A DNA stretch of 63,445 nt, counting the filler, from Hyphochytrium catenoides (lineage: Eukaryota > Protista > Hyphochytriomycota): NCBI GenBank assembly GCA_900088475.1. It is 8 parts of 8 records of this genome, joined end to end, with 100 filler letters (N's around TTAATTAATTAA, not from the genome) between each part and the next. Parts side by side here need not be neighbours in the genome. Positions count along the whole stretch, not along the records: positions 23,181 to 53,825 come from FLMG01002679.1; 7 more parts are not named here. One strand, 5' to 3'. A model generated the notes under the pieces. That model was not told the origin of the DNA and ran no database searches. It saw only the letters and a program-made list of their open reading frames with translations. Positions 24,537 through 38,289 of this stretch are shown one piece after another (position 1 is the stretch's first letter; each line of letters begins with the position of its first letter). The position numbers were made by a program, and so were the translations under genes.

Positions 24537-25888
24537 TACAGAGAGAGAGAGAGAGGGAGGAGGAGAGAGAGAGAGAAAGAGAGAGAGAAAGACAGAGAGA
24601 GAGAGACAAGAGAGACAAGAGAGAGGCACTATGTAAACACTGTAGGGGCCTGATACTAGCTGTTCCAATCTTACTGCTATACATTATCTATAGCCTATAC
24701 AGATTACTATTCTCGGGTGGGGTATTATTACTACAGTTCCTAGTGCCTTGCGAATCTTCTTCAATTCGGACCCCAGGCGGCGTTACTTTAGGGAACTAAT
24801 GGCCAAAACCTCTAATATTCGAGGAAAGAAGAGTTTATCTTCGGGTATAAGGAGCAGAGAGATGCGGGCGAGCTGATCTTCAACACAGACTTTCTGCCCT
24901 CTTTTTTCTTTTTTGAAGCTTTGAAGACAGTGTCATCGCTTTGCGCTCTATGCTGCGCGCCGGCTAGTGAAGATTCATCATCGTAGAAGCAGGTCCGTCC
25001 CTCAGATCATCTGCGGATGTTCGATGCTCTATGAAGCCCAAAAGACGGTGGTAATGGCTGCCGGGAAATAGTAAGTACACTTCTGAGGCAATGTTGGAGG
25101 GCGTGATGCGTTTATAGCCCAGTCTCCGTTCTTGACTATGGAAACATGCTTGTATCCCGTCTTCATAGGCTCGCCCCCCGAAAAAGTGGAAGATTACATG
25201 TCTGTCCGCGGCTCATTTCCTTCTCCCCCTATTCTACTATTTCCAATTGGCGACATATCTGGCATATACCTGGTCTTCTTTAGATACGGACGCACCAAGT
25301 GCTAGGGAAATTATGCAGACACTAGTCCTTCCTCCTCTGCCGCAGTCATTGGCTTAGCGAAAGTGTTGATGCATTGCGGAGCAGGCACACAGATGATAAA
25401 ATAAAGCCTGGCTTCCGTACGTCGCTGTTTGATTTGGAATGACATATCCTGAGTAACAAGAGGAGGAGGTGTTAAGCTTTTCACACTGATGCTCAGCCGA
25501 CGCCACACCCAGAGTTATAGAGAGGTTGCTAACCCTATCTTGACTATGGCGACGCTCATAGAGAACCTAAAACCCTTTAAAATGTCGAGTTCTGAGGATA
25601 GGTGTATGTCAACGGAGCCTATGCAGTGCTGCTGTTGGTTTGGTCCCTAAGTAAGAGTACACCATTGGAAAAAGATCATCCAACGGATGAAGGTTGTGCA
25701 CCAGTGCGGCTTTTCATATGCTAGCCTCGTACCAAATTATTGCCGTGATGATCTTGTGTGACAAGTCTAGAGATTAAACGGCAGTGGCCCGACCACAACC
25801 TTCAATGCTTTCTTGGCCAAGACCGTGCTAGTAAACAGAGTTTTATATATACGCTGGGGATCGTCCTGACCGTGAACTAATTTCCTCT

Positions 25889-26555
25889 TTACTCGGTGTA
25901 GATCCCAAACATAATAGCGTTTGCCCATAAAGATAGCTGTTTAAACATGGAAGAAAGAGGTCGAGCGAGCCGACGGTCAAAGACAAGTATTGGCTCATCC
26001 AGAGGATTTTGTATATCCCTTACACTCTTATAGGACGCCGTGGCATAGTTGTCAGTCTGCGTGTCCCACAACGACCGAGATGCGACCCGCACACCTTGAT
26101 CCTTGTTCTGCCCAATCGTGACCTGAACGATGATCTTATATCGAGGGAACTTGCACTCGTCTGCAGCAACACAGGGTAGTAGGCAGTTGTGTCATTATAT
26201 TCGAGTAGAGGGTTATAGTTCAATGCCGGACAGTTACCTTTGATGCGCTTCTTGATTGTCTCAGCGATGGTAATAGCCCATTCTTTCGAATCTTCGTCGC
26301 TAAAGCTCTTACCTTGCAGCGTCTCCGTAAGCACTTCGTCCGCAATTTTACGTGCTTTTGATGGAAGGAATCTGCGCAGAGAACCAAAGGGGTAGTCAGA
26401 TCCTGCTTTGACTGCTGCGGAGAAACAGGAACGCATGGCATCACTTACTGCTCACCCTCGCCAGGGCCCATTATATACGTCGGCTCAAAGACTTCTATGA
26501 CCTTTGGAGTCATAACCTGTAGCTGCGGTACAGGCTGAGGGCTTTCAGGCGTCAT
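25889..26555 (-). CDS. TCTEX1D2: Tctex-1 family dynein light chain (TCTEX1D2/DYNLT2B-like), 4 exons
   Basis: Spliced product MTPESPQ...FEPTYIMGPGEGEQRFLPSKARKIADEVL...IKKRIKDECKFPRYKIIVQVTIGQNKDQGVRVASRSLWDTQTDNYATASYKSLSLWANAIMFGIYTE. The RYKxxVQV and SRxLWD..TD motifs define the family; the subfamily label is less certain. Confidence 0.88.
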
Positions 26556-28045
26556 GGTTTTGACGAAGAAACTCTTATAGAGAAGCCGAGCACAATGTCC
26601 TATCAAGGTGTGGGCGACCGCCTATCCGACCGGTGTGGAAGCTGTACTGAGCTCTATAATAGCTAAACCCTTCTTACGTGTGCGCTCTTTCTCGTTACGG
26701 CTCCTTTCAACAGCTTTTTGGTTTGCTGGAGGTTGACAAGAGCAGCCCTTCTGGAAGCTGATCACAAATGGATATGAGCCTTGCTTCGGCAGACCCTGAA
26801 CGGTTCGTGCTCTGGTAGCTTTCGCGGTAGGTCCACAGGTGTCAATCAACAAGTGTGTCGTCATCATCGCCAAAACTCCGACAGACTTGGCTGTTATTAT
26901 TAGAAAACCCAATAATATCACTCGGCAACTCTTCATCTCCAGCTCATGCGCGACGCTTCAATAGCTTACTGATTACTGAAAACAGATATGATAATCTCAC
27001 TTATGAATTCTGTGTTTGATTCTCTGACTGATTCTGACTCACAAAAGGTGCAAGAGAGCGTGAACCGAAGCGAACAGTCACTGGATTTGCTGGGTCATTC
27101 GCTCCAACCTTGCCAGGCCGCCCGCAGGTGCAGCAGTGCAAGCTCTTCTCACCTGCTGAGCCATCAATCATCACTTCCTCTCAGCCCTGAGATGACTAGT
27201 TCTTCTACTACCCTTGCTCCTCACCGTGGTAGAATCAGCAGCCCCCACACTTCGTCCAATGCATCTTTGTACCATGGTTATTTTTTTGGAGTCGGACCCA
27301 ACAGCTGGTCGCCAAAGGCTGCCTTGTGCTGCTTTTTTCCTTCTGCATGAAGATTGAAGAAGGGCTGTGTTCTCAAAAGGGCGAGCGTTTGGCCTTCTCC
27401 AGACACACCCTATCGAGTTCCTACAATTTCTAATAGCATCCAATAGCCGGACACTTGCAAACAGTCCCGATTCCAGAGGCATTAGCAGGTTTACGACTTC
27501 TCTCTTCCCTCGACCTCTTCGGACGACAGTGCTGTCCACCGTGGACAGACTTAGATTCCTCCTCTGTGTACCAGTTGTGGCTCCTGGTTTCCTCTAAGCA
27601 GGCTGACTGATCTTAGCAAGGAGCTATGACTGAAGAGAGCAATGTGATGAACTCTTGTCCACATCTTTTAGATAGAGGCACAGCTTCTCGTCGGTTAGCT
27701 CTCTGAGCCAGCCAGCCATGGTGGCTGTAGGCAATCACTTTGAGATCTCCCTAGTTCGTGACAAAGCAATAAAAAGGTTAACCTCAACACGGGGGAAGCC
27801 ATCAGGGCCTTCCTGACTCTCAAAGCTTGCTAGACCATATTGAGTACCCTTTCTTGCTAAGCCCTGTCAAATACCCTGCTTTCCTTTGCTCAACGCTGGT
27901 GCTACAGCTAACGTAGACAGCTACGTTTCGACTGCTTGTCCAGCTGTCAAGCATTTCCCTAAAATCCGACGCCATTGGAAGCGTTAGAACTATCTGTGCT
28001 GACAAAATCCGCATATCTTGAAGCCCCACCTTCGTTCGTGGTTCG

Positions 28046-28918
28046 ATGATTTCCACTTGTCCACGTTGCGGGGAGCCCTTCGGCTCTCCCGAAGAGAAAT
28101 TTTGCGGTTATTGTGGAGCTCCTCGCCGCCCGCCATCCTCAGCGTCAATGCACGGAGCCCCAGAGCAGCATCGTAGCCATGTTCCACCAGTCGCTCAGAC
28201 AGCGGTAACAAATGAACATAGTACGAGCAACTTGAGCATCCCGCGTTTCTACAATCATGATGATGGGAATCCGTCTGTACTAAGAGATAGGACCGGAGAA
28301 GCTGATAGCTATGGGTACCTTCTGCCCCTTACTGGACGGTGGAGAGCTAGCATTCTCACTGCCTGCCTTCGGCATCCACTACCAAACTGCTTAATGCCGT
28401 GGTGCCTTCCTTGCGTCACCTTCTCTCAGATCAATGCACGGCTTGGAGTCCGATCTTACCAGAGCTCTCTCATGCTATCGCTTAGCATTTGGCTTGGGAT
28501 GATGCTAGCAGCGGCGCTTGCAGGCTCATTGACTTGCGTAGATGATGGATACTATCAGTACGGCCGGTACTATACATATCGTAGGTGCAGTTATGGAGTC
28601 CTCTACGCATTCGGGTCATCCTTTGCAAGTCTGTTTGCCGTCCTGTGGCTCATGTTGCTCATTGCTCAGCGTAGTATCGTGAGGCGGCTGCTGTCCTTAC
28701 GTGGTAGTATTCTCTCGGACTGCTGCTGGTCGTTTTGGTGTGGATGCTGCTCTCTGGCGCAGTTGGGCACTCAAGTGGGCTCCTATAAGCCTGGCTCTTG
28801 CGACTTCAGAGCACCCCCGTTCAGAGAAGCTCCCGGTTATTACTATGGCGGAGTCATGGCGACCCCAACTGCGACACCTCCATCACAACCGGCGGCCGTC
28901 GCTGAATCCAGAGTGTAA
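28046..28918 (+). CDS. Zinc-ribbon + PLAC8 (Cys-rich) membrane protein, single exon
   Basis: N-terminal CPRCG..KFCGYCG. PLAC8 motifs GRWRASILTAC..PWCLPCVTFSQI..RLG and RSIVRR..LRGSILSDCCWSFWCGCCSLAQ. Two hydrophobic segments. Confidence 0.88.
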   Translation: MISTCPRCGEPFGSPEEKFCGYCGAPRRPPSSASMHGAPEQHRSHVPPVAQTAVTNEHSTSNLSIPRFYNHDDGNPSVLRDRTGEADSYGYLLPLTGRWRASILTACLRHPLPNCLMPWCLPCVTFSQINARLGVRSYQSSLMLSLSIWLGMMLAAALAGSLTCVDDGYYQYGRYYTYRRCSYGVLYAFGSSFASLFAVLWLMLLIAQRSIVRRLLSLRGSILSDCCWSFWCGCCSLAQLGTQVGSYKPGSCDFRAPPFREAPGYYYGGVMATPTATPPSQPAAVAESRV

Positions 28919-30133
28919 GCAGACTATCTGCCTGCACTATCTCTATAGTACATAGAATGGGCAATAGCAATGGAAGCCCTGGTCCGCCATTAGTCTATAT
29001 AAGAGCCTGTGCACTAGGTAGACCCCGGCTGGTTTTAAAACGCCGGTGGCGCCGGTAAGGCTTTCTCTCAAGAAGACGTACACGATAAAATCAATATAGA
29101 TAAATAGAAGTGTTGACGCGCTGGCATTTGACTCATTGCTTATAGCGGTCCCCTACGTCTATAGATGGAATCCACAGAAAAAATTGACACATTGACCGCC
29201 TTGTTTACTGTGGGGAATAGAGATAGGAGAGTGCTACAGGCTCGTCTTGGAGGTTTCCGGAAAGAGAGACCGCACAGAGATGTACCAGCAGGGCTAAGTG
29301 TTGTTGAAGCTCCTCTGGTGTGTACGCATGTATTTCAACGCATCACCTGTCTTGTTGGATTCCTTTGGATCAGCTTTGCCCGTCCAACAACTAATAATTC
29401 AGGGCTCTTCTTGATTATGCTGCCGGGCAATGAACAAGGCACCAGGTCCTGAAGCCTGTCCTTCCGCATTAATTAGTTCCCTACTGAGCTCTCATATATC
29501 TTTCCTAGCAAGTCATATCGTCTCTCGACCATGTGCACTCATCATCATAGCTTCATCATCGTGGATCCTCCTCGCCTGACAGCCAGCTCTTCATGAATGA
29601 AGAAGAGGAGAGGTGGTCCAAGGAACAACAAGGGCGTGATGAGTGATAAGAAGAAGGAAGAGAAAGAAGCTCCGTCCGTTACATACATCGTCAGGCTGAA
29701 GCGCCAGGGGTATATCTGGGGGATCCTGGGGGATGAGAGAGAGACAAAGAAGATGCGAATCTTCTGAAAACCCAAAGCTGCTGAAGAGCTCTTCGCCCCA
29801 GACAGAGCGCGGCCGCCGCAGAGATTATCGGGAAGCTGTCATCGCCTTTATGAGGGACTACGCTGAGCCTGCACGCAGATCCTCGCTGGGATATAGAAGT
29901 ATAAAGCGAGATACATCTATAAGAGAGGCATTGGCGTTCGGACAGAGAGCTGCACGAGGCGATAAAATGATATCACGGCAGTAAGGAGGTTCTACCTGAG
30001 CGCACTTCCTAGCAGCATGTAGTGCTGATGTCCACAATGAGAGAAGAGGTCATCTCGCTCTCATCAGTTCAGCCGCAGCTGTCACTCACTGTCTTCTCGT
30101 ACATCTTGGCGTCCCGTCACCGAGAGTGGCGCG

Positions 30134-33100
30134 ATGATAAGCATTATTCGTCCCAGATGCTCCAGTAGATCTATAAGTTACGTCTCCAAAGCCCGGGCCT
30201 ATCTCAGACTCCGCCCCTCTGTGGAAGCGTGCAGATTCTCCCATTCGCATTACACGTGGCACACTCCTGTTGTCCAAATACTGAAGGAGCGACGACTCCG
30301 CGGCATGCAGAGCTCCCTGCGACCACCTAAGGCGACGAAATTTAGAGCGCTAAGCGCTATGGCGCCATCAATGGCCGTACAACGGGGCCGTTATTTGCCC
30401 AAACTGTTTCACCCAGCGTCCATCGCAGGTTCGTCTTTGTGCGCCCCTGTACTGTCGTTATAGCCGTCCATTAAGCGGTCAAAATGCTTTAAGAAATGAC
30501 TTTCCGCTCTCTTCTATAAAGTGTTCGGTACCACCGGATCCCCGGAGGATGTGGCAGGCTCCCAGCTGCTGAAGAATCTTACGGAGGGCAGAGGAGCAGC
30601 CAGCAGACGCGAACCGAGACGAATATATGTCGTCAATGACTCAGTGATGGCCATTGACGACGTTGAAAGCTTCGCCAGGTGGGCTTACTATCTCCTTTCT
30701 GTCGGCAGTGCGATAAGAGGACCTTCGCTCAGGTACTTCTTGTACGCCTTGTGATCTTCTTTGCCGCCTGTAGCCTTGAGATGGTTCCTGAAGCTCCGGA
30801 TATTGCTGTTATCCTCAGTCCTGCGACAGAAGTTCCTGCCATTATTAGATGTAAGCAAGCAGAAAATGGATACTTCCCTTTGGCTTCAACTCTCTTATCA
30901 ACGCCCTTTATTAGATAAGGACATGGGGCTTCTCCTATCTGGCCTCAGATCATACTTTCTGCCATAGGCTCTATGCATTGAAGTTCTAATGCCTTGTAGA
31001 CTCGGCCTGTTCTTTCTGTAGACTCGGCCTACTCTTTCTTTAAAGGAGCCGCTTGATGTCGTGTTTGCCGCTCTGCTCGTCTACTAACACTTATCCTCTG
31101 CTTTGATGGAAGCCTGCGTTCGAAAGGAAGTGAAGATCGCAGTCGTAATGAGCAAAGGTTTCAGGGAATGTGGAGAGCGAGGAAGGCTGCTTGAGGAGGA
31201 GCTATTAGAGATCTCTCGGAACACGATCACAAGGTGTTTGCTTCTGAAAGGGTGGTCAACTCAGGCAAACTCTTTTGCAAATCTGCTACCTTGCTGACCT
31301 AAACTCTGTTGCTCTGTGCCGCCTGCTTCTGGTTGTCCCAGTATAGCCTAATAGTAACCATTGCACTGTGTTACTTTGCTGCTCAACCTGTTCCGATACT
31401 ACAGAATCCTTGGTCCAAACAGCAGTGGAGTGATGGTGCCCAGCGAGGGACTAAACATCACATGCTTTCCCTGCCTCTCTTCCCCTGGACGAGTGGGCTT
31501 TTTGTTCGAAGGGTCTGGCGGCTCTTCGCTAGTCGACTGGAGCCAAAACCAGAAGCTTGGGGTCAGTGCCTACGTCTCTGTGGGAAACAAGTGCGACATT
31601 AACTGGGGTAAGTTTGCGCAAGGAAGACAATTCGCAGATACCGAGCGCTTATTGCTCTTCTCATATATACCTTTCACACCTTTCTCCTCTCTGCATACCT
31701 GCTGTCCATGGAGTGGATTGTCCTTTGTATCTCTGGCTCTAGAGGCGAATCAGACTTAGCAAATCGCCTAACCACTCTTCGGCCTTCCTTGCCGCGTAAT
31801 CGGGTTTCTGCTTTTACCTCTACTTGTAGGCGACATTATAGGCCTCTTTCGGGATGATCCTAACACCAAGGCCCTATGCCTCTTTATTGAGTCAGTCGGG
31901 CAGAATGCCCGCAGCTTTATCTCTTCAGCTCGGGAGTTAGCCTTACGCAAGCCCATAATCGCTTTACATGCCGGGAAGACAAAGGAAGGAGCGCTTGTTT
32001 CTGCAAGGGACTCAGGCGCACCAGCTTCAGATGTCAAAGTTCTGGAAGCAGCTCTTTTGCGCTGCGGCATCCTAAGAGTGGTACGCTGAGAAGCGTTCGC
32101 AGTGACCGTAGAGAGGCGGTCTCTCAGTCACCAACTCCGCTGGTTCTTGGTAGTTGATGTTCGTTGACCTCTTGTTCGTTGACCTCTTGTACTTTCATCT
32201 TCTTCTTGGTTACGCTCACTCTCTTGTCCTACGCTCCTCCGAGATTCGCAGGGAGAGCTTACTTTAAGTGCTCCATTCTCCTACGTCTCTTCAAAACAAT
32301 CTGACGGATACCATATGCTATGCAGACTGCATTAGTGTCTAAGTGTGGCGTGTCTGTTTCCTCCTGTCTGTTAAGATAACAACCTCCTTATCACAGGGAA
32401 CCCTGAGTACACTCTACAAGGCGGCAATGACTCTTTCTCTCCAGCCAATCCCTAAGGGACCACACTTGTCAATCATCTCCAACAGTAATGCCGCAAGTGT
32501 CCTAGCCACAGATGGACTCATCTATAACGGCGGCCAGCTCGCCTCCTTCAGTGAAGAGACGAGAGATGAGCTGCAACGCCTTCTCCCTCCACACTCTAGC
32601 CCCGACAACCCTATCTCTGCTGCGCATGCAGCGACTCCTGAACACTATCAAGAGGTAAGAATGCCTAGCCATAGACATCAGGGATATCTTCTCAAGCTCC
32701 TCAGTGAGAATTCAGCCCAATACCCTTTGCCAGCTGGTACTTACCTTGTTCAAAGTTGCAGCCGAACCAATTAGATGTCTTGGAAGCTTACGAAAGCGGT
32801 GCTAATGGGTAGCTGCTTTTTGCCTCTTAGATAATAGAGACCGTTCTGAAGGACCGGCAGACAAGCGGTGCGATGATCATCCACACGCCCGAGCCAGGAC
32901 TCTCTCCTCATACGGTCGCCGAGACCATCACGTCCGTCCGAAAGCCACCAGGCAAGATATTGATGGCCTGCTTCATGGGAGGGAACGACGAAGTGGAGGA
33001 AGGTAGGGCCTGGAGAAGCTCCTTTAAGATCTTGGACTGCTTCTCGTCTCTCACTCTATTGCTGTTCGCGTATGATCTTGTGCGCGAGAGGCTCACTCTA

Positions 33101-35161
33101 AGCGTTAATATGTAGCCAAGAGGCTGTGCATTGAGAAGGGCGTTCCTACTTTCAGGTTCCCGGACACGGCGGCGAGGGTTTTTGACATCGTGCAGCAGTA
33201 TTCCTTCTCCAGGGATAGGTAAGAGGCAGCGGAGGCCGCCACGGAGCCTGCACTAACCAGGAATCCTACCTTTGTGCTTGGGCTTTAATTTGGTGCTACG
33301 TCGACCTCACATTGCCTGTCTGATTTTCTTCTCTATCTCTGTTATTTCTTTCCCCTCTCCCTGGGTGCCTCGGTGTCCCTTCATCTCTCTTCTCCTCTCT
33401 CTTTCACTTCTCACACACTCTCTCCTTTGTGTGTGTGTGTGTGTGTGTGTGTCTTTCTCACTTTTCCCTATCCATACGCCAAGATTCACGGGAATCTCTT
33501 GACTCAGGCTGTATGAGACGCCTGTGTATCCTAAGAAAACCATGGAAGTCATAGAGGAGCGCAAACGAGTAGAGGCGTTGATAAATGTCAGTGAGAAGTA
33601 TATGCGATCGTCCTCTGGGTTATCGTTGCTTATCTTTGGCTCATGCTTGACGCGTAGGCTGCGAGGGCGGAGAACAGGCACTACCTCACCCAGTCGGAGA
33701 CCTCGTTGCTTCTTAATCTCTGCGGCATAGAGTTACTTCCTTATGAATTAGCAAAAACTGAGGATTCCGCCGTTGCCCTAGCGGAGCGCTTAGGTACACC
33801 GAATGTTCTCAGTCTCAGGGACACTGTACTACCATCTTCTATCCTCACACCCACTTCTGTTCCTGCGTCTAGGCTTCCCAATAGTGATGAAGCGGTTAAC
33901 AAGAGTTGGCAGAAGAGATGCCGTCCTGGGCCTCACCGACGAGGAGTCCGTCCGCCGTGCATTCTGTCTCCTCCAGTCGACAGACGGTCGTGGCAGACCG
34001 CCATCCGAGGAAGGGAAAAAAAGAGAGCAGTTTGCGGGAGTCAAGATCCAAAAGATGGTTCATGCTGGATATGAACTCCGTTTGTCCAGCAGAGTGCATC
34101 ACGCGGTAAACTTCTTCAGTCCCGCTCCAATGAACGCCGCCTTTGCCCTGCCTTGGCCATAGATCCGGTTCAACATGTACCGTTCGTTCTTGTCCTTCTA
34201 CTAGCAAATGCTGCCCCCCTGACTGCAGTCCTGACTATTCTGTCCATCGCAGTTTGGACCTATCATTGAGTTTGGAGCAGGAACAAGATTGGGAGGAGAA
34301 TTTCAAGATGACGCGGTAGGCTTGCCTCCCTTAACCTCAACCCTAGGTGCGAAACGAGAATTGGCCCTCCGTAGCGGAGAAATATGGGTGCGAGGATAGG
34401 GCACATCAGAGAGCGTTAGGGAAGAAGGGAGAGACGAAAGAGAGAGGAGTATTCAAGGACAGAAAAGAGAAGACAGAGAGAGAGAGAAGAGATTGGGAGA
34501 GAGAGAGAATGAGAGAAAGAGAGAGGAGGAAGAGACGTAGAGCGGCATATAAAAAGGTGAAGGAAGCGGAGGGATCAGAACAAGATAATTTTGCGCACTT
34601 CCCTGATATGATAAGCCTTTCTCCCCTTTTCTTCTTCTTCTCTCCTACTGCAGCTCGTCGCATGATGGAGAAGACGCGTATCTACAAAGCTCTCAGGGCC
34701 ACATCTTACACTCTACCTTCCCTCTCCTCCGACTCTAAAGCCGCTGCTAAGCGCGAGCAGGGCCTTGAGACACTGGAGTGCGCCATGGTGCTCTTTAGCG
34801 AGATGGTGGCAGACTTTCGCTATGTTAAGGCTGTCACTGTGAACCCACTCCTCATCATCCCAGATGAATACGACCGGTTGACGCGCTTGGTTGCGCTGGA
34901 TGCCTCTGTGTCTCTCTACGACAGAGAGACAGGAGAAGATGAGTTAGTCCCCACAGCCATCCTTCCCTACCCTCAGCATCTGGTGCGCAGAGTCTTTCTC
35001 CGTGACAAGGAGTTCACGGTTCGGCCGGTCAGACCGGAGGACGAGGAGCGATTGAGAGAGTTCCATCAAGACCTGAGTGAGGACACAGTGAGGCTCAGGT
35101 ACTTCCAGGTAAGGCCACCACAGTGTCAGATTCACTTTTTGCGAAGCGTCTTCGTCTTCTA

Positions 35162-35202
<41 letters not shown>

Positions 35203-35784
35203 ATACACACAGACACACGCACACACTTGTAAGGATGCAATTGCCTCTAACGATACTCTCACCTTCCTTCTCTTAACTCCTACCCTTCATTTACCTTATA
35301 TGGAGAACTGCTATAGCTGCGTTTTCCTTCCCTTCTCGACTGTCTATCGACATAAGACCCTCTCGCTTATATAGCCATTCCGCAGAATTTCCGTCTTTCG
35401 CAAAGGGTTTCCCATGAGCGTCTCTCTCGGTCCTGTTTTATCGACTATTCGCAAGAGATGGCTCTACTCGTCCTGGAGAAAGGCACACGGCGAGTCCTAG
35501 GAGTGGGCAAGCTTTTCAAGCACTCCGAGGCTGTGTCCGACATCCCCACAGCTGAGTACGCGATCCTCGTCCATGACAGCGCCCAGCAGCAAGGGATAGG
35601 CAGTCTCCTCATGGAGCAGCTCATAGAAGTGGGTGCACGCGACTGGGGACTGAGGAAGATTGTGGCTGACGTCCTTCCGACAAATGCGGGAATGAAAGCT
35701 CTTTGTAAGAAATTTGGCTTCTCCAGCCACTATGATCAAGAAGAGGGAGTGCTGAAGATGGAGTTATCTCTTTCTCCCTCTTGA
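30134..35784 (+). CDS. Pat/PatZ/YfiQ-type bifunctional acetate-CoA-ligase-like/GNAT protein lysine acetyltransferase, 15 exons, ~1010 aa
   Basis: Exons 30134-30428, 30522-30678, 30774-30850, 31113-31233, 31405-31607, 31830-32080, 32397-32654, 32831-33002, 33116-33218, 33508-33586, 33658-33793, 33873-34105, 34253-34346, 34654-35108, 35386-35784 sum to 3033 nt in frame. Motifs: LFHPASIAVFG, SKGFRECG, RILGPNS, SVGNKCDI, DDPNTKA..IES, FGPIIEFGAG, LPPLTSTLARRMM, NPLL..LDA, PYP, RPVRPED, RYF, FIDY..EMAL, AEYAILVHD.AQQQGIG, N.GMKALCKKFGF. The start could alternatively be 30305 or 30359. Confidence 0.92.
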
Positions 35785-36222
35785 AATTGAAGAAGAAAGA
35801 AAGCAAGGCACAAGATATTGCCAAGACCTTGACTTCCTCTCAAATTGAGATTTTGATTCCCTGAAGCCCTAATAAGTGTTGAAGAGATAACTGAGTCCGT
35901 TTTTTAGTCAGAGCTCTTGCCTAGCTCGGTTAGATGGGCCAACCCTGGTTCAGGAGGGTAGCGAAAGAAAAGTATCTGTAAGGATCAGGCCGCGCAATGA
36001 CCTTCTAAGCGATAGGTAACTATGTAACGAATGCTGGCCACCTGCTACCTATCAAGACTTAGGCATCAGCGTCAGAGGTGCGCAGGAGACAGCGCGCAAG
36101 TCGAGCGGTCAGAGTGGTGGCCATTAGCTAGGGGACAACCCACAGGTTATTGCACCCAGGGAACAGGAAGGCTGCAGAGTAGTTGAGGAGCATCAGCGGA
36201 TCAGAAAGCTTTCAGGAGCTCC

Positions 36223-38289
<2,067 letters not shown>

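Noticed and set aside
27060-27350. Minus-strand frame with VVEELV...AAWQGWSE, vaguely chromodomain-like
   Set aside because: Multiple stops and too few conserved residues to support a call.
30134-35784. Bacterial contamination as the source of the Pat-like gene
   Set aside because: Fourteen spliceosomal introns containing host-type microsatellites, and eukaryotic genes on the same contig.
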